From positions 16,327-80,326 of the forward strand of contig CAZPLO010000001.1 in assembly GCA_964587725.1 (NCBI GenBank): 64,000 nucleotides of DNA, written 5' to 3'. Positions 1 through 8,060 of the stretch are shown here, in pieces. The stretch is from an uncultured archaeon (GTDB lineage: Archaea > Altiarchaeota > Altiarchaeia > IMC4 > SCGC-AAA252-I15). Each line of letters starts with the position of its first letter. Positions within the stretch are counted from its first letter, which is position 1. The notes below the pieces were generated by a model, which worked only from the letters and a program-made list of their open reading frames with translations, ran no database searches and was not told where the DNA came from. A program made the translations under genes and the position numbers.

Positions 1-368
1 CCCAGCCGCCTGCACTCCTCGCACACGGTGCGTTCAGGCCGCACCTCCCAATGCAGTCTGTCTTCGAACGGAACACGTTTGTAGGATGCCTTCACCTCGA
101 CGTCGAACAGCATGCTACCTGCCTTCTCTTCCGCCCGCACCCGCAGCCGCCTTACCCTAACCCCCTCCGGCGGGTGGATGCTCTTCTCCGCGACGTCGTG
201 GAACAGTTTCATCCGGTCGTCGTACCATTTGCCTTTGAAGAACATGAGCCCGCACTCGCACACCCGGTACGAGTCCGGCTTCACCCTGAACGGGTGCTTC
301 TTCACATAGCATTCCGGGCACACGCCGCCTGAGGGGCGGCCGCAGCTTGGACACGGTAAATCAGCCAT
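1..368 (-). CDS. Partial (5' part, runs off window) NMD3-like 60S ribosomal subunit export/maturation adaptor; N-terminal Cys-cluster region
   Basis: Minus-strand ATG at 366-368 gives MADLPCPSCGRPSGGVCPECYVKKHP...CEECRRL with CxxC...CxxC clusters typical of the NMD3 N-terminus. Not in the ORF track because there is no stop codon inside the window. Confidence 0.5.
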   Translation of the reverse strand, partial: MADLPCPSCGRPSGGVCPECYVKKHPFRVKPDSYRVCECGLMFFKGKWYDDRMKLFHDVAEKSIHPPEGVRVRRLRVRAEEKAGSMLFDVEVKASYKRVPFEDRLHWEVRPERTVCEECRRL

Positions 369-407
369 ACAGGCTTTTTATAGGAAGATACCCTATAAAA
401 TAGGGTC

Positions 408-563
408 ATGGCCCGGAACAAGGAGCAGCACAAGAAGGACGAGCTCGTTAAAGCCAACAGAACCCGGAAACGAGCCCCCATATGGGTTTTCGTCAAAACA
501 GACCGGAAAGTAAGGGACAGCCCCAAAAGCAGGAGAAACTGGAGGCGCAGCAGCCTCTACTAG
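408..563 (+). CDS. rpl39e: Ribosomal protein L39e (51 aa)
   Basis: Hand translation gives MARNKEQHKKDELVKANRTRKRAPIWVFVKTDRKVRDSPKSRRNWRRSSLY. This is the classic L39e basic signature (MARNK...P.WV..KT.R.V...P.RR.WRR). It is below the ORF-track size cutoff. A TATA-like TTTTTATAGG lies about 27 nt upstream. Confidence 0.8.
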   Translation: MARNKEQHKKDELVKANRTRKRAPIWVFVKTDRKVRDSPKSRRNWRRSSLY

Positions 564-1309
564 AAGGATTCTATTAAACCAGACAGCTCCCTACGCACTC
601 GTTCATCCCGCAGGTCATGCACGTCCAGGTCTACCGGCCGATCATAGAGGTTAAGCCCGTCCAGCAGCTGCGGAATGTCTGAAGCCTCCATCTGGGACAC
701 AATCTCCTCCAGGTTATTGGAGCGGGGCTTAACCCACACCGTGGTTGAGTTGACGTATCCGTCCTTATGCTTCACCGGATGGGCTAAGGACGCCGGGTCC
801 CTCTGGACGCCATGGGCTATCTCAACCCCCTCATGCGCTATGACGGTGAAGTGCTCAAGGTCGTATTCCTTCCCGGTCATCTGCTCAAAGCCGGTTAGGG
901 TGCATCTGTCACGTATCCCCTTTGACGCTTTTTCAATGGATTCTCTGTCGCCTACAAACCATACCGTTGACATAGACGACTCCCACACGTCCGCGTAGTC
1001 TCTTGGAGTGAATGATACCACACCCCCCTCCGGAGTCTTCTTCACAACCAGACGATGTCCCGCCGGGGTTTTGTAGTCGAATCTTTCAATAGACGACTGT
1101 AGAACGGGCTCTCCAAAATAGTCCGATGGTGCGTTGAAAAAACGCAGCTTCGAGAAAAAACACTCTCCCTCCGCCGGCAGGAGAAGATGCCTGACAGCTG
1201 ACAATCCTGATATACCCTGGGGCTCGCCGCCGGCCATCAACTCAACATCCGGCACCGGCTCTTTACCCCTGTTCCTCTGACGTCCTTTACCCCCTACAGT
1301 GTTCATCAT
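560..1309 (-). CDS. Conserved hypothetical protein (249 aa)
   Basis: Long ORF with non-repetitive composition, convergent with rpl39e and overlapping it by 4 nt. It contains an H-x-T-x element (EHFTVIAH). I recognise no clear family; membership of the 2H phosphoesterase superfamily is only a weak guess. Confidence 0.45.
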   Translation of the reverse strand: MMNTVGGKGRQRNRGKEPVPDVELMAGGEPQGISGLSAVRHLLLPAEGECFFSKLRFFNAPSDYFGEPVLQSSIERFDYKTPAGHRLVVKKTPEGGVVSFTPRDYADVWESSMSTVWFVGDRESIEKASKGIRDRCTLTGFEQMTGKEYDLEHFTVIAHEGVEIAHGVQRDPASLAHPVKHKDGYVNSTTVWVKPRSNNLEEIVSQMEASDIPQLLDGLNLYDRPVDLDVHDLRDERVRRELSGLIESF

Positions 1310-1316
1310 CCCAGCT

Positions 1317-2201
1317 CTACTGATTCTTTACGTGCTGATAAGCCCGCAAAGCAGCCACACATGCTTCGCCCACGGCCTTCGCAATCTGCGGTATGCCGCC
1401 GGTGACGTCGCCTGCCGCATACACGCCCGGCAGGTTGGTGGCCATGTCACGGTTGACTTTGATGAATCCTTTGTCGTCCAGTTCCACGCCCGCCTGCGAC
1501 GCCACCTCGGCGGAGGGGACGCTGCCGGCTGCAATGAACACGCCTTCCACATCCAACGTCTCGCCGGACTTCAGCGCAACCGAGTTCAGGAACTCGTCGC
1601 CGAGTATTTCAACAACCGAGTCCGACACAGCCTCCACACCGGACGACTCCAGCCTCTCCAGCAGAACCTCCTCGGCCGTCAGCTTATCGGACACCAGGTA
1701 TGTTTTCGACGCCAACGTGTTGAGGTATAGTGCGTCCTCCACCGCCATGTTGCCGCCGCCGACGACGACAACCTTCCTGCCCTTGAAGAAGGGGCCGTCG
1801 CACGTAGCGCAGTAGCTGACGCCCTTGCCCACATAGTCTTCCTCGCCCTTCACCTTCAGTTTCCGGTGCTGGCCGCCCGTAGCCAGTATTACCGCTGATG
1901 AAGTGATTTTTTTGTCGCGCAGTGTGATTGTCTTCTCACCCCCCTGCAGGTCCATGGACACGGCCTCGTCGTATATGAACTCCGCCCCCAGGGATTTCGC
2001 GTGCTCCTCCATCCTTTTAGAAAGTTCTACGCCGCTGATAAGGGTGTCGCCGGGCCAGTTCCCTATCTCCGACGCCAACTGCATCTGCCCGCCCAAGGTC
2101 ATCCTCTCCAACACCACGGCCTTCAGTTTCCGGCGGACACAGTATATTGCCGCCGTCAAACCCGCAGGGCCGCCGCCGACGATGACCACCTCATAGTCCA
2201 T
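1317..2201 (-). CDS. trxB: Thioredoxin-disulfide reductase
   Basis: N-terminal FAD site VVIVGGGPAGLTAA, redox-active CATCDG motif, second GGGNMAVEDALYL NAD(P)-binding motif; about 294 aa. Confidence 0.9.
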   Translation of the reverse strand: MDYEVVIVGGGPAGLTAAIYCVRRKLKAVVLERMTLGGQMQLASEIGNWPGDTLISGVELSKRMEEHAKSLGAEFIYDEAVSMDLQGGEKTITLRDKKITSSAVILATGGQHRKLKVKGEEDYVGKGVSYCATCDGPFFKGRKVVVVGGGNMAVEDALYLNTLASKTYLVSDKLTAEEVLLERLESSGVEAVSDSVVEILGDEFLNSVALKSGETLDVEGVFIAAGSVPSAEVASQAGVELDDKGFIKVNRDMATNLPGVYAAGDVTGGIPQIAKAVGEACVAALRAYQHVKNQ

Positions 2202-2209
2202 AGAAAATG

Positions 2210-2623
2210 TTAAGAGACTTCAAGTATAATAGTCGCTTCACCGCCTTTCTTCAGCACCTCCACCAAGTCCCTGCCGAGGTCGCAGGCGGCCTTGTCCGCA
2301 TTTACGGCGAGGGTACGGGGGCATATGAACGCGCTCTTCCGTATGACGGCATCGGTGGGGTGCGTCAATATGAGGCCGGGGTGACCACGGGCGACGACGG
2401 TGTAGGAGACGCCACCGCATTCTACAGTCATGGTTAAGACGGCGTTTTCCGAACGCAACGCGTCCTTGAACTCCGCAGGCAGGTCCGGGAGTGATTTGTC
2501 CGCCGCAACAGCGAATATGCAGTCGCCCCGCGGCGTCAAATGCGTTTCCCGTGTGAACTCCAGCGTGGTCTCATGAAGGGACAGGACGTTCGGGTGGCCG
2601 CGGGCACGCACTTCAACCCTCAT
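2210..2623 (-). CDS. Conserved archaeal hypothetical protein (DUF371-like?)
   Basis: ORF MRVEVRARGHPNVLSLHETTLEFTRE.... The internal Met was chosen as start so that it does not overlap the RIO kinase stop. It resembles small conserved archaeal proteins of unknown function. The family assignment comes from memory only. Confidence 0.4.
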   Translation of the reverse strand: MRVEVRARGHPNVLSLHETTLEFTRETHLTPRGDCIFAVAADKSLPDLPAEFKDALRSENAVLTMTVECGGVSYTVVARGHPGLILTHPTDAVIRKSAFICPRTLAVNADKAACDLGRDLVEVLKKGGEATIILEVS

Positions 2624-3362
2624 CCAACACACCCCGCAGGGCTTCGCCGTAGTCCGCCTCCACCCCAACCTTGTTGAAGTAGTTGACTATGTTCCGGACG
2701 TCACGCTGTAGGAACTCCATCGCCTTCGGATGATCCAGCAGCACGCCGGCGCTGAAGTCTATTATCACAGGTTCACCGTAGTCGAGGATGTTGTATTCGC
2801 TCAAGTCCGCATGCACAAGACGCAGCTTACGCATTTCTTTGACATACCCCATCACCCTGCCAAAATAGGCTGCGGGCTCACTGGGCGCAGACTCCTTCAG
2901 CTTCGGGGCAGGCAGAGCATCGTCGCCGATGAACTCCATCACCAAAACGTTCCTGTAATGCTCAACCGGCTGCGGACACCTTATCTTCTCGCGCACCCTC
3001 ATCAGGTTCTTATATTCCTTCTGCGCCCACATGTGGACGAGCTGGCGGCGGTTCTTCCACGAACTGAACCGCGGGTCGCCGCGGACGTACTTGCTCATGT
3101 GCCGGAAGTCGCTGGTCTCCACCTTATACACCTTCAACGCCACATCCGCGTCGCCGCGGCGGCCGTGGTAGACGTTGGCCTCCTTGCCTGTGGAGACTAG
3201 ACTTACTATTTCACTGAAGGCGTCCTTCTTCGCCAGCTTATACAACGCCATCAGCGTCTCGCGGTCAAACACGGCCTCGCTGATTTTCCGGCTGTGAGCC
3301 TCCCTACGCGCCTCCTTCAAATCCCCGACGTCCAGGCGTTGAAAGAGTTCATCCTCCCTCAT
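2613..3362 (-). CDS. rio1: RIO-type serine/threonine protein kinase (Rio1-like)
   Basis: RIO domain signatures: ...STGKEANVYHG..., LVHADLSEYNIL, DFSAG. About 249 aa; next to aIF1A, as in many archaea. Confidence 0.9.
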   Translation of the reverse strand: MREDELFQRLDVGDLKEARREAHSRKISEAVFDRETLMALYKLAKKDAFSEIVSLVSTGKEANVYHGRRGDADVALKVYKVETSDFRHMSKYVRGDPRFSSWKNRRQLVHMWAQKEYKNLMRVREKIRCPQPVEHYRNVLVMEFIGDDALPAPKLKESAPSEPAAYFGRVMGYVKEMRKLRLVHADLSEYNILDYGEPVIIDFSAGVLLDHPKAMEFLQRDVRNIVNYFNKVGVEADYGEALRGVLDEG

Positions 3363-3396
3363 GGAAAATGCATTAGGCCGTGGCGGTTAAATAGAC

Positions 3397-3765
3397 TCAG
3401 AATTCCTCTATGCCTTCCAGGTAGCCGTGTTTCCGAAGCCAGTCGGCCTGCTGGTTGGTGTAACGCCACAGTATGTCGCCGCGCTCCTTAGACTGCACCT
3501 CCCACGGCTCCACCAACACGATGTTGCCTTCCTTAATCCAGATGCGCCGACGTATCTTCCCTGGTATGCGGCACAGGCGGGTGTGGCCGTCGGTGCAGCG
3601 GACGCTCATACGGCGGTCTCCGAGGAGCTGCTCCACCCCCCCCAATAGCTGCCCCCTCTTGGGCAACCTCACCCTGACTATGACTTCGCCGTCCTCACTC
3701 AACTCCGGTTTCGGATTATACGCCACTTTCTTTAATAACGAATGCGGCCTTATTAAATACATGGC
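3397..3765 (-). CDS. eif1a: Translation initiation factor aIF-1A
   Basis: S1-like OB core [51 protein letters not shown]...DILWRY. The ATG start at 3765 is used here. A GTG at 3727-3729 would give a typical 110-aa protein beginning (M)[13 protein letters not shown]. Confidence 0.8.
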   Translation of the reverse strand, partial: AMYLIRPHSLLKKVAYNPKPELSEDGEVIVRVRLPKRGQLLGGVEQLLGDRRMSVRCTDGHTRLCRIPGKIRRRIWIKEGNIVLVEPWEVQSKERGDILWRYTNQQADWLRKHGYLEGIEEF

Positions 3766-4150
3766 CTTGTGGGATGAGCTGAAGACGCGGAAAATAAACG
3801 ACATAGACGGTCTCGTCACCGTGGTGGTGCAGGACGCGGAAAACAAGGATGTGCTGATGTTGGCGTACGCCAACCGTGAGGCGGTGGAGAAGACACTGGA
3901 AACCGGGTTGGCCCACTACTACAGCACCTCCAGAAACAAGCTGTGGTTGAAGGGCGAGAGCAGCGGAAACACCCAGAAAGTGCACGAGGTGCTGGTGGAC
4001 TGCGACGGAGACGCCCTCATATACAGGGTTGGGCAGAAGGGCGGCGCATGCCATAAAGGCTACAGGACCTGCTTCTACCGCAGGGTAGAGGATGGCAGCC
4101 TCGAAGTGGTGGGGGAGAAGGTGTTCGACCCGGACAACGCATACAAGTGA
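3761..4150 (+). CDS. hisI: Phosphoribosyl-AMP cyclohydrolase
   Basis: Internal ATG of track ORF 3473..4150; the upstream part of that ORF overlaps eif1a on the other strand. The protein MALWDELK...[29 protein letters not shown]...[29 protein letters not shown]...GACH matches HisI, with TTTAATAA about 25 nt upstream. Confidence 0.8.
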   Translation: MALWDELKTRKINDIDGLVTVVVQDAENKDVLMLAYANREAVEKTLETGLAHYYSTSRNKLWLKGESSGNTQKVHEVLVDCDGDALIYRVGQKGGACHKGYRTCFYRRVEDGSLEVVGEKVFDPDNAYK

Positions 4151-4180
4151 GCTTTTATAATACGACGCTCATATTTTACC

Positions 4181-4576
4181 ATGAAGACCGAGGAGAAAGC
4201 GGCGGTCATCGGAGTAGTGGTCGTTGTAGCCTTAGTTCTATTCCTCGGCGGAGGCGAGCAGCCCACCGCCACAACCACGACCACGGTGAGAAGGGTCACG
4301 CAGACGACGCTGATGCCGGACATACAGAACTTCAGGGAAGCCGTCGCAGGCACAGACGCCAGCGAATGCGACAAAATAGAGCGCCAGCGAATGAAGGACA
4401 TATGCATACGTGACATCGCGGTCAAAAACGACGACCTGGAGCTGTGCGGAACAATAGAGACGGAGGACCTGGCTGACCTCTGCTACTACAAGATAGCCGT
4501 GAACAGGGGAGACGGCGGAGTCTGCGGCAGCATAGCCAACGAGTTCGTGAGAAACAGCTGTCTCGACAAGACGTAA
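4181..4576 (+). CDS. Small secreted/membrane-anchored Cys-repeat protein
   Basis: N-terminal hydrophobic helix (VIGVVVVVALVLFLGG), Thr stretch, then two copies of a roughly 20-aa motif C(I/Y)xxIAVxxxDxxxCG.I. It is paralogous to 19381..19704. Confidence 0.5.
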   Translation: MKTEEKAAVIGVVVVVALVLFLGGGEQPTATTTTTVRRVTQTTLMPDIQNFREAVAGTDASECDKIERQRMKDICIRDIAVKNDDLELCGTIETEDLADLCYYKIAVNRGDGGVCGSIANEFVRNSCLDKT

Positions 4577-4577
4577 T

Positions 4578-6059
4578 TCACTCGGCGGAGTTGTTCATGC
4601 CTTTTATCTCAGATATCACCCTCTTGGGGTTCCGGTGATATTTCTGGAAGAAGTTCTGGACTGCGTCGTTGTCGCGTATCCCCTTCGCCATCATGTACTG
4701 CAGCACCTTTTCGCGGATGAGGAGTTCAGTGTTCAACCGCTTCTTGGTGATGCCGCAGTCCTTGGCTATCTTCTCCGTCAACAATATGGGGTAGTCGGTG
4801 CGCTTGACCTGGTCGCTGTTGATGTCGTAGTAGAAGATGTCGCCCAGCTGCACCACCTCCCCTTCGACGCCAGACACCTCCGAAACCTGCGTGATCCTCC
4901 TCATCATACCGCGCTTCCGGTCGAATATCCGGTTCATCACCACAATCAAATTCAACAGGGGAATCATGCGTATGGGAACGTTCATGGGCTCGTCCATCAG
5001 CCGGATGGTGGTCTCGCGGGAGTTGTTGGCGTGCAGCGTGCACATGCTCCCGTCCAATCCGATGTCCATGGCCACGAACAACGTCTCAGCCTCCTGCCCC
5101 CTCACCTCGCCGACGATGACGCGGTCGGGCCGCATGCGGAGGCTGTTTTTCAGGAGACTATGCATGCTTAATCTGTGGCTCAAATCTGTTACGGTAGGGG
5201 ATGCCTCCAGCGGCACCCAGTTCTCTATGAACTCGAAGTTAAGCTCCAACGTGTCCTCAACCGTAACCACCCGCTCCGTCTTCGGAATGAACATGGCGAG
5301 GGCGTTCAACAACGTCGTCTTCCCTGAGCCCGCGCCGCCCGCAATCAGCAAATCCACGGGCGACAGCCCGAACCCCTCCACGCACACCCACAGGAACGCC
5401 GCCAGCTCCGAGCTCATGCTCCCCAACTCGATGAGGTCTAATATGTTATAGGGGGTCTTCTTGAACTTCCGTATAGTCACCGCCGGCCCGTAGGGGGCTG
5501 CGGGAGGGATGGCCACGTTCGCCCGGCTGCCGTCGGGCATGTGCGCGTCCAGCAGCGGACTCTCCTCGTTCAGTTCGCGGCCGACGTAGTTGGCGAGCCA
5601 GTGTATCAGATCCTCCAGCGGCTCATGGGATTCGAAGTTTACGTTGGTCACGCACATCCCGTGCTTGCGGTGGACGACGAACACGGGGTTGTTGACGCCG
5701 TTGACCATGATTTCCTCCAGCATCTCATCCCTCATCAACGGCCCCAGGCGGCCGTAGCCGAGGAATATGTCGTCCATCACCGTCGAAACCACGTACTCCA
5801 GGTTCTCGGCGGAAACGTTCCGGCCCTTAATCTGCTCCTTCAAATAGTTTCGGAGGAACTCCTCCTTCTCCACGCTGCTGTGTATCTTCTCCAGCTCCGC
5901 GGTAATCTTCTTGTAGTCTCCTATGAAGTTACGGGCCTCGGAGATGACCTTCTTCTCCTCCTCAGTCAGTTCAGGCGTCAACGAGATGTAGTAGGGTATC
6001 TGGTCCCCATCCCCCTCCATAATCTTCACGTTCCCGTAGGAGTCCAGCAGCTCAGGCAT
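4578..6059 (-). CDS. Type IV filament / secretion ATPase, FlaI/PilB/GspE family (orphan copy)
   Basis: Walker A LLIAGGAGSGKTTLLNAL, Asp box and Walker B (RPDRVIVGEVRG), His box (TLHANN); 493 aa. There is no adjacent platform gene. Confidence 0.85.
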   Translation of the reverse strand: MPELLDSYGNVKIMEGDGDQIPYYISLTPELTEEEKKVISEARNFIGDYKKITAELEKIHSSVEKEEFLRNYLKEQIKGRNVSAENLEYVVSTVMDDIFLGYGRLGPLMRDEMLEEIMVNGVNNPVFVVHRKHGMCVTNVNFESHEPLEDLIHWLANYVGRELNEESPLLDAHMPDGSRANVAIPPAAPYGPAVTIRKFKKTPYNILDLIELGSMSSELAAFLWVCVEGFGLSPVDLLIAGGAGSGKTTLLNALAMFIPKTERVVTVEDTLELNFEFIENWVPLEASPTVTDLSHRLSMHSLLKNSLRMRPDRVIVGEVRGQEAETLFVAMDIGLDGSMCTLHANNSRETTIRLMDEPMNVPIRMIPLLNLIVVMNRIFDRKRGMMRRITQVSEVSGVEGEVVQLGDIFYYDINSDQVKRTDYPILLTEKIAKDCGITKKRLNTELLIREKVLQYMMAKGIRDNDAVQNFFQKYHRNPKRVISEIKGMNNSAE

Positions 6060-6089
6060 CAGTAAACTATTATGTCCCGCGAATAAAAA

Positions 6090-6911
6090 CTACAAGCGGG
6101 TGCGTGACAGCATGTCCTCGACTTCGCCGTCGTCAAACCCTATCAGCGGATGATACACCGGCACATCCTTCTTCCGCATGCTGACGTCCTCCACCGACGC
6201 AGGAGACACCAGCCCCAGGGAGCACTGGAGTGCTTCCTCCAGTGAACCGTAGACTTTCACGCCGGGGTTGCTGTAGTAACTGAGTTTCACAGCGTATTCC
6301 TTCGGACCCAGCAGGTTTATCAGGCAGCCGCGGCGCATCATCATCCACGCAGCCAACGCACCCCTTCGGGTGTTTACTTCCGCAGCCAGCGGACCCTGGG
6401 TCCCATACGGGAGGCCTCCGAATCCATCGTATGATGCGGTGTGCACGTATGCGGTGTCGGATTTCACCTCCACCCCCACCGTCACATCCGGGTTCGACAG
6501 ATCAACGGGGTTCCCGTATTCTTCCTGGATGCGGGCGCCCAGCATACTCTCCAACTCCCTGCTCGACCTCCCGTAATCCCTTGACCTGCGGACCCTAACA
6601 GCGAAGGAGCCGTCCAGGCCTCTGAACTGTTCGACAACGGATTCAGCCAGTTTCCGAGGGTCGGAGTCGACTTCGACAGCGGGGCTGACCGACTTAACCC
6701 CGAAGACTTCTGCAACCCGTTTGGCGGCCTTATCGGCTTCCGGGGACTTCAGGTATATGCGGTGCCTCTTTGTCAGAATCTTAGCCTCTAAGCCGGAGGA
6801 GTCGAGTGCGTGGCGTACGTTGCCTACCAGTTGTCGGGTGAACTGCCGGCGCACGTAGCCGCTCTTCAGAAAAATCTCGCCGTAACGGACTATGACTGTG
6901 TCGCAGTCCAT
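6090..6911 (-). CDS. ThiI-like THUMP-domain protein lacking a canonical PP-loop
   Basis: The N-terminus IVRYGEIFLKSGYVRRQF is the ThiI/THUMP signature. A C-terminal ...RPLIGFDDGEV-like element is also ThiI-like. The expected SGGxDS PP-loop is replaced by ...TRRGALAAWMMMRRG..., and the protein is about 100 aa shorter than ThiI. Confidence 0.6.
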   Translation of the reverse strand: MDCDTVIVRYGEIFLKSGYVRRQFTRQLVGNVRHALDSSGLEAKILTKRHRIYLKSPEADKAAKRVAEVFGVKSVSPAVEVDSDPRKLAESVVEQFRGLDGSFAVRVRRSRDYGRSSRELESMLGARIQEEYGNPVDLSNPDVTVGVEVKSDTAYVHTASYDGFGGLPYGTQGPLAAEVNTRRGALAAWMMMRRGCLINLLGPKEYAVKLSYYSNPGVKVYGSLEEALQCSLGLVSPASVEDVSMRKKDVPVYHPLIGFDDGEVEDMLSRTRL

Positions 6912-6917
6912 CGTGTT

Positions 6918-7265
6918 TCAGCCGCCCGTCGGTGGCTGCAGCATCCCCTGGATTTCGGAGCGCATCTGGTTGAGTTTCTCGGCTAGCTTCTTCTCCTGCT
7001 TCTCCAGCACCTTCAGCTTAGCGGAGGCGGTGTCCTTCTCGTCTCCCAGGTACTTGAGGCCGTCGTCTTTGTTGGTTTCCACCATCACCGGCCCCACCAT
7101 ACGGTACACCTTACCCTGCTGGAGTTTGTCCAGCTCCTTCCGGGCATTCTCCAAGTCCGTGCTCTGCAGCATCAGCTGTTGTTTCTGCACCGCAATCATC
7201 TGAAGCTGGTTCTGGAGGTTCTGGAACTGCGCCAGCTTATCCTGCACCTGCTGTGGAACATCCAT
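6918..7265 (-). CDS. pfdB: Prefoldin beta subunit
   Basis: 115-aa coiled-coil protein with QQ/LQ-rich helices flanking a central beta hairpin (KVYRMVGPVMVE), typical of prefoldin beta; it sits at the conserved position after pcc1/rpoP. Confidence 0.85.
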   Translation of the reverse strand: MDVPQQVQDKLAQFQNLQNQLQMIAVQKQQLMLQSTDLENARKELDKLQQGKVYRMVGPVMVETNKDDGLKYLGDEKDTASAKLKVLEKQEKKLAEKLNQMRSEIQGMLQPPTGG

Positions 7266-7287
7266 TGCCTCAATACATAAGGAGAGA

Positions 7288-7361
7288 GGGTATAAAAGGG
7301 GGGAGGGAGGAGTATAAGATATTCAGAAAAAAGTTTAAACAGTTTAAAATAAAGTTTAAAC
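7288..7361 (-). promoter_or_regulatory. pcc1-pfdB intergenic region: oligo-T terminator-like stretch, three AGTTTAAA(C) direct repeats, TATA-like box for pfdB
   Basis: The minus strand reads GTTTAAACTTTATTTTAAACTGTTTAAACTTTTTTCTGAAT...CCTTTTATACCC, located about 25-35 nt upstream of the pfdB ATG at 7265. Confidence 0.4.
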
Positions 7362-7597
7362 TATTTTGACTCCGTGAGTTTCAGGCACATGTCGAGCCAC
7401 CGTATGTAGGTGTTGGCGGCGGCCCGCATCGCATGGAGGTCCCCGGCCTTCGCATTGAGTACGATTTCGCAGTCTTCATAGGAGAGGCTGACTTCGCTGC
7501 GCTGGTAGGCGTCGGACTCCGCCTCCGGCTTAATCGACTGCAGGACTGCTTCGGCGGCTTCCACTGGAACCTTCACCCTGACAGTGAGTGTGTTCAT
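7361..7597 (-). CDS. pcc1: KEOPS complex subunit Pcc1
   Basis: 78-aa protein between rpoP and pfdB, the conserved superoperon position of Pcc1. The layout is a small alpha/beta protein (VRVKVPVEAAEAV...). Confidence 0.65.
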   Translation of the reverse strand: MNTLTVRVKVPVEAAEAVLQSIKPEAESDAYQRSEVSLSYEDCEIVLNAKAGDLHAMRAAANTYIRWLDMCLKLTESK

Positions 7598-7746
7598 CTC
7601 GCGATGACGGTCTTGGTTATGTTTTCGGGGCGCTTTTTAATCCAGATGTTGCTCCTCTTCTCAGTGCAGCTGTTGCACTTCATCTTGTTCCGCGCCAGCT
7701 CCTCGTACTCGTATTCCGCACCGCACTCTATGCATACGTAGGTCAT
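7594..7746 (-). CDS. rpoP: DNA-directed RNA polymerase subunit P (Rpo12/RpoP)
   Basis: Internal ATG of track ORF 7594..7869. The 49-aa Zn-ribbon protein is MTYVCIECGAEYEYEE...KCNSCT (CxxC..CxxC). It overlaps the rpl37ae stop by 4 nt. Confidence 0.8.
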   Translation of the reverse strand: MTYVCIECGAEYEYEELARNKMKCNSCTEKRSNIWIKKRPENITKTVIAR

Positions 7747-7991
7747 TGCTCCTCCTCCGCCGTCACCCGGCGGACAACGGGTACGTGGGAGCCGCCCGTG
7801 AACGTGTATCCGCAGGTCCGGCACATCCAGACGCCCGCGGAAACCCGCTTCAGCTTCCCCCTGCTGCATGTGGGGCAGCCGCTGGCCTTCCTCCGGTCAA
7901 CCTCCACCTTAACGGCTTCGTTCCGGAGTTTCCGGCCTACGCGGGTGCCGTAGCGGCCCATGCTCCCGACCTTGCGTGTGTGACTGAACAT
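7743..7991 (-). CDS. rpl37ae: Ribosomal protein L37ae (eL43)
   Basis: GRYGTRVGRKLRNEAVKVE...CPTCSRGKLKRVSAGVWMCRTCGYTFTGG is the classic L37ae Zn-ribbon. Confidence 0.9.
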   Translation of the reverse strand: MFSHTRKVGSMGRYGTRVGRKLRNEAVKVEVDRRKASGCPTCSRGKLKRVSAGVWMCRTCGYTFTGGSHVPVVRRVTAEEEQ

Positions 7992-8037
7992 CTTGGCTTA
8001 TGTTGTAGGAAGTAGGGGGTTATAAATATCGCCGGCC

Positions 8038-8060
8038 GGTTGGGCCGGCGATTAAAACCC
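8038..8060 (-). terminator. Perfect 9-bp-stem hairpin immediately after the rrp42 stop, followed by a TATA-like ATATTTAT ahead of rpl37ae
   Basis: TCGCCGGCC-GGTTG-GGCCGGCGA inverted repeat at 8038..8060; TTTATA element at 8031..8038. Confidence 0.45.

Noticed and set aside
157-354. 65-aa minus ORF and 93-aa plus ORF at the window start
   Set aside because: Both are out of frame with the NMD3-like reading frame, which is open to the window edge and has convincing Cys clusters.
3473-3760. N-terminal 96-aa extension of the hisI ORF
   Set aside because: It is antisense to the aIF1A gene and has a Ser/Arg/Pro-rich low-complexity composition. The HisI homology begins at the internal Met (3761), which has a TATA-like element upstream.
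7322-7361. AGTTTAAAC repeats considered as a CRISPR fragment or transposon inverted repeat
   Set aside because: Only three short, irregularly spaced copies in a 40-bp promoter/terminator spacer, with no cas or transposase genes nearby.
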